Assembly (NCBI GenBank): GCA_026002915.1
Contig: BPGG01000001.1
Coordinates: 1,312,366-1,376,365, forward strand
Reading direction: 5' to 3'
From: Acidimicrobiales bacterium
GTDB lineage: Bacteria; Actinomycetota; Acidimicrobiia; Acidimicrobiales; BPGG01
Length of the DNA: 64,000 nt
In this document: in pieces, positions 35,854 through 43,741 of the stretch
Numbering within the stretch: position 1 is the stretch's first letter
Layout of the letters: the number at the start of each line of letters is the position of its first letter
The notes under the pieces: model-generated
The model's input: the letters and a program-made list of their open reading frames with translations, nothing else
Database searches by the model: none
Told to the model about the DNA's origin: nothing
Translations under genes and position numbers: made by a program

Positions 35854-36891
35854 TCACGACGGCCCTTGGGGGTGCCGCGCACGGGAGGGTTGAACCCTAG
35901 GTGGTTCGCCGGGCATCTTCGGGAAGTTGGGAGGCCAAGGGAGGTCTCCGAGACCAGCTGCCGCGTCCCGTTCCGCCCACTCCAAAAGGGGCGAGATGTC
36001 CGAGTGGACCTCGTCTAGTTCGGACATGGGGTCGCCGTGCAGTTGCAGGAGGGCCGGAGCCGTCCGCAACGTCACGTCTCCCGGGTGGATGCCTTGGATC
36101 TCCTCCCAACGGAAGGGAAAGGACACAGTGCCCTCTTCGTTCGGCCGCACGCTCCAGGCGGCGGCAAGCGCCCTGTCGGGCCCGTTCTGGTTGTAGTCGA
36201 TGAATATCCTCCTGCCTCGCTCCTCCTTCCACCACGAGAGCGTCACCAGGCTCGGCAGACGCCGCTGCACCTCTCGGGCTGCTGCTATGCCGGCACGGCG
36301 CACTTGATGGTGGCTCCAACGCGGGGCGATACGGGCGAGCACGTGGATCCCCCGTGAACCGCTCGTCTTCGGCATGGACGCTACTCCAGCCTCTCCCAGC
36401 ACCTCTCTGCATACCACGGCCACCTTCTTCACCTCCTCGAACCCGATGCCCGGTGCGGGATCGAGGTCTAGCCGCAGCTCGTCAGGTGTGTCGGGGTGGG
36501 AGCACCGAGATGCCCAGGCGTGCAGGTCGACGCATCCGGCGTTCACCGCCCACAAGAGGTGGGCGAGGTCTGCGCAACAGAACATCTGGGCGCGTCTACC
36601 CGAAGGGAATGTGGCCGCGACCGTCTTCAGCCACGGCGGGGCACCTCTGGGAGGGCGCTTCTGGTAGAAGACCCTCCCACCGACCCCGTCCGGCATCCGA
36701 CGGAGCACCGTAGGGCGGCCGACGACCGATCTCCTGACTGCCGGCGCGACCTTCAGGTAGTAGTGAACCAGCTCCCACTTGGTCCATCCGCGGGTAGGGA
36801 AGAACACCTTGTCGGGGTTGCTGATCCGGACCGTCTTTCCGTCTACCTCCACGTTCACGGAGGCGGACGAGCCGACAGATCCCCGCGCCAC
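35854..36891 (-). CDS. LigD-type primase-polymerase (AEP) domain protein
   Basis: ISNPDKVFFP, ELRLDLDP, SGSRGIHV and IDYNQN. GTG 36891 chosen; the track ORF extends to 37194. Confidence 0.85.
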   Translation of the reverse strand: MARGSVGSSASVNVEVDGKTVRISNPDKVFFPTRGWTKWELVHYYLKVAPAVRRSVVGRPTVLRRMPDGVGGRVFYQKRPPRGAPPWLKTVAATFPSGRRAQMFCCADLAHLLWAVNAGCVDLHAWASRCSHPDTPDELRLDLDPAPGIGFEEVKKVAVVCREVLGEAGVASMPKTSGSRGIHVLARIAPRWSHHQVRRAGIAAAREVQRRLPSLVTLSWWKEERGRRIFIDYNQNGPDRALAAAWSVRPNEEGTVSFPFRWEEIQGIHPGDVTLRTAPALLQLHGDPMSELDEVHSDISPLLEWAERDAAAGLGDLPWPPNFPKMPGEPPRVQPSRARHPQGPS

Positions 36892-36988
36892 GCACCGCAG
36901 CCTAAGACGGAGGAGTGGGCGGGATGGCGGACGGCCCCGAAGGTCGAAAAGTGCGGCGCCGACGACGGGAGGCGTAGTCTCGGGGCCG

Positions 36989-37288
36989 GTGGACCGGAGG
37001 GAGTACGTCAGGCGATGGCAGCAAGTGGAGGAGGACCTCCTGAGGGCGAGACGTGCCCTCCCGCCCGAAGCTCCCAGAGAGCCTCTCGTACGATTCCACG
37101 ACCACTTGGACGAAGGGAACCTCTCCGACGCCCTCGAGGTGCTCGAGGCGATAGGGCACACCTGCGATGTGGGTGTCGAGTTCTGGCAGGCCATGGTCGA
37201 CGCAGCCTGTCACCTCGGGCGCGCCGACAAGATGGAACGGTTCCTCGCCTCCAACCCCGGGACTTTCATCCGGGAACCGAGCGAGTGA
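36989..37288 (+). CDS. hypothetical small protein (99 aa)
   Basis: Fills the gap between the Prim-Pol start and the exonuclease end. Third-position G+C is high, about 80% by hand count. No recognisable motif. Confidence 0.35.
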   Translation: MDRREYVRRWQQVEEDLLRARRALPPEAPREPLVRFHDHLDEGNLSDALEVLEAIGHTCDVGVEFWQAMVDAACHLGRADKMERFLASNPGTFIREPSE

Positions 37289-38159
37289 TCCTCCTCGCCC
37301 GCTCGAGGAGACCCGCCGCATCTGCCTGAGAACAGACCGCCTCCGCGTCGGGGGCGGGTCCCCGCCACGCGAGCTCGTCGACATCGTCGAACACGAACAG
37401 CGAGTCGACCAGTCGGGCCAGTCGACGCCACAGCTGCACCTCTTGTGAATGCTCCCTGAGGCTCGCCGCAAGCCTCTCGGCACCGCGTACCTTCACCCGC
37501 CAGGCTTTGGGATCGTCCGGGATGTCGTCCAGCGACCCGTATGCAGCGAGGAGTGCCGCAGCCGAGCTCTTCCCCCAGCCCGGCACGCCGGGTATCCCGT
37601 CTGCCTTGTCTCCTACGAGTGCCAACCAGTCCGGTACAGAGGCGGGCTCCACCCCGAAGTTGGCGATCACCCACTCCCTGTCCCGGAACTCTCCCTTGCG
37701 ACGATCCAACAAGACCACCTTCCCGTCCGGATCCAGGCACTGGGCGAGGTCTTTGTCCGGAGAGCAGATCACGATCCGCTCCACCCTCTCGTCCCCCACG
37801 AGCTTTCGAGCAGCCGAGGCGAGGGCGTCGTCCGCTTCGTGCTCGACCATCGGCCACACGACGAATCCGAGTGCCCTCAAGACCTCCTCGTAGAGCGGGA
37901 ACTGTCCGAGCAGTTCCGGAGGGACTCCTTCAGACGTCTTGTAGCCCTCCCACAGCTCATTCCTGAAAGATTCGATGACGTGATCGGTGGCGACGGCCAC
38001 ATGGGTCGCTCCCTCTTCGACGATCCTGAGGATCGAGCCGGCGGCGCCCCGAAGAGCGGCCACTTCACGGCCGTCGGCCGTACGGTGCGAGGGCAGTGCG
38101 AAGTGATGGCGGAAGAGTTCGTAGGTCCCGTCCACGAGATGGACGACGGTTCCGCTCAC
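37266..38159 (-). CDS. 5'-3' exonuclease (FEN/Pol I N-terminal-like)
   Basis: LVDGTYELFRHHF, EADDALAS, DKDLAQC and GIPGVPGWG (H3TH). The GTG start overlaps the upstream stop (GTGA). Confidence 0.85.
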   Translation of the reverse strand: MSGTVVHLVDGTYELFRHHFALPSHRTADGREVAALRGAAGSILRIVEEGATHVAVATDHVIESFRNELWEGYKTSEGVPPELLGQFPLYEEVLRALGFVVWPMVEHEADDALASAARKLVGDERVERIVICSPDKDLAQCLDPDGKVVLLDRRKGEFRDREWVIANFGVEPASVPDWLALVGDKADGIPGVPGWGKSSAAALLAAYGSLDDIPDDPKAWRVKVRGAERLAASLREHSQEVQLWRRLARLVDSLFVFDDVDELAWRGPAPDAEAVCSQADAAGLLERARRITRSVPG

Positions 38160-39130
38160 CTGCCGCCTGCCGCCTTGGTCATCCGGTCGCGCACCGCTCG
38201 TCCGAGACCCTGAGGCGTCGGCAGGACGGCGACTATCCGATCGGCGCCCGAGACGTCCGCTTCTCGCATGCGGGCGTACAGCTGGTGGGAGAGCGACTCC
38301 TCGTCGCCTCCGGCGTCCCAGTACCAGACGACGGCATCACGGGTGGCGTCGATGCGCGAGTCGATGCGCGAGAGGTCGATCGGCCTGGGCGCGATCACGG
38401 CGACTCGCAGACCCTCTGCCGCCGACCGCTCCACCACATCCGGGGCCTCGTCGAGCTCGCAGGCGACCACCTCGGTTCTGGGCGCATAGTGGGAGGGGAG
38501 CATCCCCGGCGCCCGAGGTCGCCCGCCCGGGTCCGTCTCGACGGCGATCCCGGTGAGCGCTTCGATGGCCTCGACGGTCACACCCCCGGGCCGGAGGAGT
38601 CGGATCGCCCCCTCGACCACCTCCACGATCGTCGACTCCACGCCGACGTCTGAGCGCCCGCCGTCCAAGACCAGATCGACGGCCCCGCCGAGGTCTGCGA
38701 CCACGTCTGCCGCACACGTCGGGCTCACGCGACCGAAGCGGTTCGCCGACGGTGCGGCCAACCCGCCGCCGAAAGCCACGAGGAGCCGGCGTGTCACCGT
38801 ATGGGCGGGGACCCGCACGGCGACCGTCTCCAACCCACCCGTCACCACGTGGGGAACCCGCGCAGACTTCGGCAGCACGATCGTGAGCGGACCAGGCCAG
38901 AACGCGTCGGCCAGTCGTCGGGCGAGCTCGGGGAGCTCGGCCACCCACTCTCGCACCTGCAAGACGTCCGCCAGATGGACGATGAGCGGGTGGTTTCGAG
39001 GGCGACCCTTCACCTCAAATATCCGCTCCACGGCCTCGGGCTGCGACGCATCTGCGGCGAGGCCATAAACGGTCTCCGTCGGTATCGCCACCAGACCGCC
39101 GCTTCTCAGGACCTCGACCGCCAGGGCCAA
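38156..39130 (-). CDS. tsaC: L-threonylcarbamoyladenylate synthase (Sua5/YwlC long form)
   Basis: AIPTETVYGLAADA, KGRPRNHPLIVH and GLAAPSANRFGRVSPT, plus a Sua5 C-terminal domain. TTG 39130 is the first canonical start after the epimerase stop; the track ORF extends to 39547. Confidence 0.85.
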   Translation of the reverse strand: MALAVEVLRSGGLVAIPTETVYGLAADASQPEAVERIFEVKGRPRNHPLIVHLADVLQVREWVAELPELARRLADAFWPGPLTIVLPKSARVPHVVTGGLETVAVRVPAHTVTRRLLVAFGGGLAAPSANRFGRVSPTCAADVVADLGGAVDLVLDGGRSDVGVESTIVEVVEGAIRLLRPGGVTVEAIEALTGIAVETDPGGRPRAPGMLPSHYAPRTEVVACELDEAPDVVERSAAEGLRVAVIAPRPIDLSRIDSRIDATRDAVVWYWDAGGDEESLSHQLYARMREADVSGADRIVAVLPTPQGLGRAVRDRMTKAAGGR

Positions 39131-39228
39131 GCCGTTCTCGTCGGGGGAGACGACTGCAGGAGTCCTCGCGGCCTCGGGTACCTCCGAAGCCCGGGGCTGT
39201 TCCCGACGAGGCCCGCCGTCCGACCCGC

Positions 39229-39639
39229 TCAGCTCGCAGGCTCCTCCACGAGCTCGATGAGAGTGCCGAAGCTTCCCTTCGGGTGGACGAACGCGACGGT
39301 CGTCCCCCTCGAGCCCGGGCGCGGCTTCTCGTCGATGGGACGACCACCCGCCTCGATGACCCGCCGGAGCGCCTCTGCGCAGTCGGCCACCCGATATCCG
39401 ATGTGGTGTAGACCTTCTCCTCGCTTCTCGAGGAACTTGGCCACGGGCGAGTCGTCCCTGGTCGGCGTCAGCAGCTGCACGTAAGACTCCGCCACCCGCA
39501 GCAACGCCTCCTCCACCCCGTCGGACTCGACTACCTCCCGGTGACACACCTCTGCTCCGAAGGCCTTGCGGTAATAGTCCACGGCGGCCTCGAGGTCGCG
39601 CACCGCTATGGCCACATGGTCGATCTCGGTGAGAATCAT
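39229..39639 (-). CDS. mce: methylmalonyl-CoA (ethylmalonyl-CoA) epimerase, VOC family
   Basis: IDHVAIAVRDLEAAVDYY, LHHIGYRV and IELVE. Length 136 aa. Confidence 0.85.
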   Translation of the reverse strand: MILTEIDHVAIAVRDLEAAVDYYRKAFGAEVCHREVVESDGVEEALLRVAESYVQLLTPTRDDSPVAKFLEKRGEGLHHIGYRVADCAEALRRVIEAGGRPIDEKPRPGSRGTTVAFVHPKGSFGTLIELVEEPAS

Positions 39640-39798
39640 CGCCCCACTCCTCTCATCGCTCCCGACGAGGCACCAGCAACCGAGTCGGAGCCTCCTCTGG
39701 GTGCCCCGTCTCCATGTGCGGTTCTCCGTGTACGGGCTTCATAGTCTCATATCGCCTCATGTAGAGGCGCGGGTAGAGGCCCGCCGACGACCGGCAAC

Positions 39799-39832
39799 TC
39801 AGCTCTTCTTCGCATTCAGCTCTTCTTCGCAT
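39799..39832. repeat. perfect 17-nt tandem duplication (tcagctcttcttcgcat x2) spanning the ccr stop codon
   Basis: Copies at 39799-39815 and 39816-39832 are identical. The second copy encodes the last residues (HAKKS) and the stop of ccr on the minus strand. Confidence 0.95.
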
Positions 39833-41162
39833 GCCGGCGGAAGAGCGTGAGCCTGTCCTCGCCGACCTGCTCGCGCTTCTCATGGTCGAGAACGCCCTTG
39901 CCCTCCGATTCGGCGAGGCAGAGTACGGCGAGCTTCCCTTCGTGCAGGTTGTGATGGATCTGATAGGTCGCCTCGCCGACCTGATCCAGCGGGTAGGTCG
40001 CCGAGATGATCGGCACGACGTCGCCCCGGCGGATGGCGTCGTTCGCCTCCCAGGCCTCCCTGTAGTTGGCGAAGTGCGACGCGACGATCCTCTTCAGCTT
40101 CATCCACAGGTGGCGGTTGTCGTACTCGATCATGTATCCGCTGGTGGCCGCACAGGTGACGACCGCCCCTCCGCGGGCCGCCACGAATACGGAAGCCCCG
40201 AACGTCTCCCGCCCGGGATGCTCGAAGACGATGTTCGGGTCGCGCCCGACCAGGTCCCGTATGTCCTTCCCGAAGCGACGCCATTCGCTCTCGTCCTGGG
40301 CGTGAGGGTCCTTCCAGAAGCGGTAACCCTTCTCTTTCCGATCGATCACATACTCCACCCCCAGCTCCCTCAACAGGGCGGCCTTCTCGGGAGACGAGAC
40401 GACACCCACGGGGATCCCTCCACCGTTCAGGACGTACTGGCAGGCGTAGCCGCCCAGACCACCGGTCGCCCCCCATATGAGGACGACATCACCCTGCTTC
40501 ATGGGAACTGCGTTCTTCGAGACGAGCATCCGGTAGCTGGTCGAGTTGCAGAGGCCGTTCACCGCGGCCTCCTCCCAGGTGAGGTGCTCGGGCATGGGCA
40601 TCAGCTGGTTGGCTTTCACGATCGCCAGCTCTGCCAGGCCGCCGAAGTTCGTCTCGAACCCCCAGATCCGCTGGTTGGAGGCGAGCATCGAGTCGTCGTG
40701 GGCGAACGGGTCCTGGTCGTCGACGTAGTTGCAGTGGATCACCACTCGGTCGCCCGGCTTGAAGTTCCTCACCGCGGGGCCCGTGCGGAGGATCACCCCC
40801 GACGCGTCGGAGCCCACGATGTGGTAGGGGAGGTCGTGACGCTTGGCCCAGTAGGACTCACGTCCGAGCCTCTTGAGGAACTGGAAAGTCGGAAGTGGCT
40901 CGAAGATCGACGTCCAGACGGTGTTGAAGTTGATGGCAGATGCCATCACAGCGATCACGGCCTCGTCCGGAGCGAGCTCGGGCAGCGGAACCTCCTTTAT
41001 GTGGAGGGACTTGCGGGGATCTTTCTCCCAGCTCTCGAGCCCCTCGAACATGTCCACTTCTTCCTCGAGCACGACCGCTGCGCGGTACGACTCGGGAAGT
41101 GGGATGTTCGCGATCTCTTCGCCCGACGCCCCCGTTTCGATTGCTTCCACGATCTCGCGCAT
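39816..41162 (-). CDS. ccr: crotonyl-CoA carboxylase/reductase
   Basis: Near-colinear resemblance to Streptomyces Ccr: LPESYRA, DPRKS.H...VP.PEL, AVMAS.N.N.VWTSIFEP, RIWGFETNFGGLAE, SHFANYREAWEAN. ATG 41162 chosen. Confidence 0.9.
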   Translation of the reverse strand: MREIVEAIETGASGEEIANIPLPESYRAAVVLEEEVDMFEGLESWEKDPRKSLHIKEVPLPELAPDEAVIAVMASAINFNTVWTSIFEPLPTFQFLKRLGRESYWAKRHDLPYHIVGSDASGVILRTGPAVRNFKPGDRVVIHCNYVDDQDPFAHDDSMLASNQRIWGFETNFGGLAELAIVKANQLMPMPEHLTWEEAAVNGLCNSTSYRMLVSKNAVPMKQGDVVLIWGATGGLGGYACQYVLNGGGIPVGVVSSPEKAALLRELGVEYVIDRKEKGYRFWKDPHAQDESEWRRFGKDIRDLVGRDPNIVFEHPGRETFGASVFVAARGGAVVTCAATSGYMIEYDNRHLWMKLKRIVASHFANYREAWEANDAIRRGDVVPIISATYPLDQVGEATYQIHHNLHEGKLAVLCLAESEGKGVLDHEKREQVGEDRLTLFRRHAKKS

Positions 41163-41395
41163 GGGCGGCAGCCTACCCACTGTGATCCCGCACGGAGAAC
41201 CCACCCGGCTCCGGGTGCACCGCCGTGACACGCTCCCGTCTCTCGAGCCACACACCCCGCTCTGACTCTCGCGACCCCGCACTCGACCTCACACGGAAGC
41301 GACCACCGACCCGCGTGCCTTGCCGCCCAGGTGGCCCACCGCCGAGCAGTTCCGTAGACTCCTCTCGTCCGCACGGAGAGGGAGGAACTGCTGGC

Positions 41396-42577
41396 ATGGC
41401 TGGTTCGGTGATCCTCGCAGGGGCTCGTACGCCGATCGGGAAGCTGATGGGCGCGTTCGCCTCGCTGTCGGCGACCGACCTCGGTGGAATCGCCATAAAG
41501 GCCGCTCTCGAACGCTCCGGTGTCTCGCCCGACGCGGTCGACTACGTGTTCATGGGACAGGTGCTGCAGGCGGGTGCAGGACAGATCACGGCCCGGCAGG
41601 CGGCCGTCAAGGCCGGCATCCCGATGTCCGTCCCTGCGACGACGGTGAACAAGGTCTGCCTCTCCGGACTCAACACCATCTACCTGGCCGACAAGATGAT
41701 CTCCGACGGGGACGCCGAGATAGTCGTCGCCGGCGGCATGGAGTCGATGACGGCGGCGCCCTACCTCCTACCCGGTGCCAGGGCGGGGTACCGCATGGGT
41801 GATCAGAAGGTCGTCGACTCGATGATGTACGACGGGCTCTTCTGCGCCTTCGACCACTGCGCCATGGGTGAGGGAACCGAGAGATACGCCTCCGAAGCAG
41901 GCATAGCGCGCGAGTCTCAGGACGAGTTCGCCGCACGGTCGCACGAACGAGCCGCAGCCGCCCAGAAGGACGGGATCTTCTCCGAAGAGATCGTCCCGGT
42001 GGAGGTCCCACAGCGCAAGGGCGAACCGGTGGTGGTGGACGCCGACGAGGGGGTCCGACCCGGCACCACCGTCGAGACCCTGGCGAAGCTGAAGCCCGCC
42101 TTCGCCAAGGACGGCACCATCACGGCGGGAAACGCGTCACAGATCTCCGACGGAGCTTGTGCGGTCATCGTCACCTCGCGTTCGAAGGCCGAGCAGCTCG
42201 GTGTGGAGCCGTTGGCCGAGATCGTCTCCTACGGGCAGGTGGCAGGCCCGGATGCTTCGCTGCTCACCCAACCCTCCCGTGCGATCAGACGTGCTCTGGA
42301 GAAGGTGGGGATGGCCGTCTCCGAGGTCGACCTGTTCGAGATCAACGAAGCCTTCGCCGCGGTCGGCATCGCCTCGATGCAGGATCTCGGAATCGGCGAG
42401 GACGTGGTGAACGTCAACGGCGGGGCCATAGCACTAGGTCATCCGATCGGCATGTCCGGCAACCGGCTCGCACTGCACCTCGCCTTGGAGCTGAAGCGGC
42501 GCGGTGGTGGCGTAGGAGCCGCCGGTCTCTGTGGCGGAGGTGGCCAAGGCGACGCGATCATCCTGAAGGTGGGCTGA
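41396..42577 (+). CDS. acetyl-CoA C-acetyltransferase (thiolase II)
   Basis: NKVCLSGL (active Cys), NVNGGAIALGHPIGMSG and GLCGGGGQG. ATG 41396 is preceded by GGAGAGGGAGGA. Confidence 0.9.
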   Translation: MAGSVILAGARTPIGKLMGAFASLSATDLGGIAIKAALERSGVSPDAVDYVFMGQVLQAGAGQITARQAAVKAGIPMSVPATTVNKVCLSGLNTIYLADKMISDGDAEIVVAGGMESMTAAPYLLPGARAGYRMGDQKVVDSMMYDGLFCAFDHCAMGEGTERYASEAGIARESQDEFAARSHERAAAAQKDGIFSEEIVPVEVPQRKGEPVVVDADEGVRPGTTVETLAKLKPAFAKDGTITAGNASQISDGACAVIVTSRSKAEQLGVEPLAEIVSYGQVAGPDASLLTQPSRAIRRALEKVGMAVSEVDLFEINEAFAAVGIASMQDLGIGEDVVNVNGGAIALGHPIGMSGNRLALHLALELKRRGGGVGAAGLCGGGGQGDAIILKVG

Positions 42578-42579
42578 GG

Positions 42580-43188
42580 TCAGGAATCGGAGGCGAGTTC
42601 CCTCCGGCCTTCCAGCGCCCTTCCGAGAGTGACTTCGTCTGCATATTCGAGGTCGCCGCCCACGGGTAGGCCTGATGCGACCCGGGTCACCTTGACACCT
42701 AGAGGTGCCAGAAACTCGGAGAGCCACGCGGCCGTCGCGTCCCCCTCGACCGTGGGGTTCGTACAGAGGATCACCTCCCGCACTGCCTCTGAGCGGATCC
42801 TTTCTGCGAGCTCATTCACCGTGAGCTGATCGGGGCCTATCCCCGACATCGGGTCGAGCGCTCCGCCCAAGACGTGGTACAGGCCCTTGAAGGCCCCGGT
42901 ACGTTCGACGGCTATCACGTCACGAGGTTCTTCCACCACACACATGACGCTCCGGTCACGTGAAGGATCGGCGCAGACCGAGCAGACGTCCCCTTCGGCC
43001 AGGTTGAAACACCGTCTGCAGCGCGTGATGCGGCGACGGGCATGTGAAATGGCCTCTGCGAGCATCTCCACCTCGTCTTCGGGTGCCGACAGCACCCAGA
43101 ACGCGATCCGTTGAGCCGACTTGGGCCCGATACCGGGTAGACGGGCGAGTCGCTCGATCAACTCTCGAAGAGCGGCCGGGTAAATCAC
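42580..43188 (-). CDS. recR: recombination protein RecR
   Basis: GIGPKSAQRIAF helix-hairpin-helix, CRRCFNLAEGDVCSVC zinc finger and a Toprim region. Confidence 0.95.
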   Translation of the reverse strand: MIYPAALRELIERLARLPGIGPKSAQRIAFWVLSAPEDEVEMLAEAISHARRRITRCRRCFNLAEGDVCSVCADPSRDRSVMCVVEEPRDVIAVERTGAFKGLYHVLGGALDPMSGIGPDQLTVNELAERIRSEAVREVILCTNPTVEGDATAAWLSEFLAPLGVKVTRVASGLPVGGDLEYADEVTLGRALEGRRELASDS

Positions 43189-43191
43189 CGG

Positions 43192-43710
43192 TCAGCCCAC
43201 CTCGTCTCCGGATGTTCGATGCGGTGTGTCGAAAGGCTCCGAACCGCCGGACGGGTCGAAGCTCCCGGGTAGCCCGACGCCGTCGCTCACTCGACCGGCC
43301 GGTCCACCAAAAGAACCCAAGATTCCCTCCAGGTCGATGCCGCCCATCGTCCGGCGCTGGATCTCGTTCGCCCTCGCCACGGCGTCCCTCACCGCTGCCA
43401 GGACGAGGTCCTCCAGCATCTCGCGGTCTCCCTGCGAGAACGCTTCGTCGGATATCTCGACCGACCGGAACTGGAGATCTCCCGTCACCCGCACTCTCAC
43501 GAGTCCGCCGGCGGCCCTCCCTTCCACCTCGGTCTCGGCGGCACGAACCGAAGCCTGTCTGATCTGCTCACCCATCTTCAGGGCGCTCTGCAGAACCGCC
43601 GACAGATCCAACCCTCCTGCCTCCGGCTGCGCCTCCTCCATGTCAGACGCCGAGGTCTCGTGAGCGTCGTCGGCTCCCCGGTTATCGTCGCCTTCCGTCG
43701 CGTCCCCCAT
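43192..43710 (-). CDS. ybaB: YbaB/EbfC-family nucleoid-associated protein with acidic N- and Gly-rich C-terminal extensions
   Basis: LQSALKMGEQIRQA...VEGRAAGGLVRVRVTGDLQFRSVEISDEAF. Conserved position between dnaX and recR. Confidence 0.8.
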   Translation of the reverse strand: MGDATEGDDNRGADDAHETSASDMEEAQPEAGGLDLSAVLQSALKMGEQIRQASVRAAETEVEGRAAGGLVRVRVTGDLQFRSVEISDEAFSQGDREMLEDLVLAAVRDAVARANEIQRRTMGGIDLEGILGSFGGPAGRVSDGVGLPGSFDPSGGSEPFDTPHRTSGDEVG

Positions 43711-43741
43711 CGCTCCTCCCTGTGACTCCCGTCCCGCTCCG

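Noticed and set aside
34674-37194. Considered calling the ligase plus polymerase genes a canonical Ku-LigD NHEJ system.
   Set aside because: No Ku gene is present in the window. The ligase and Prim-Pol are separate convergent genes rather than a multidomain LigD. I described the locus as a LigC/Prim-Pol-type module instead.
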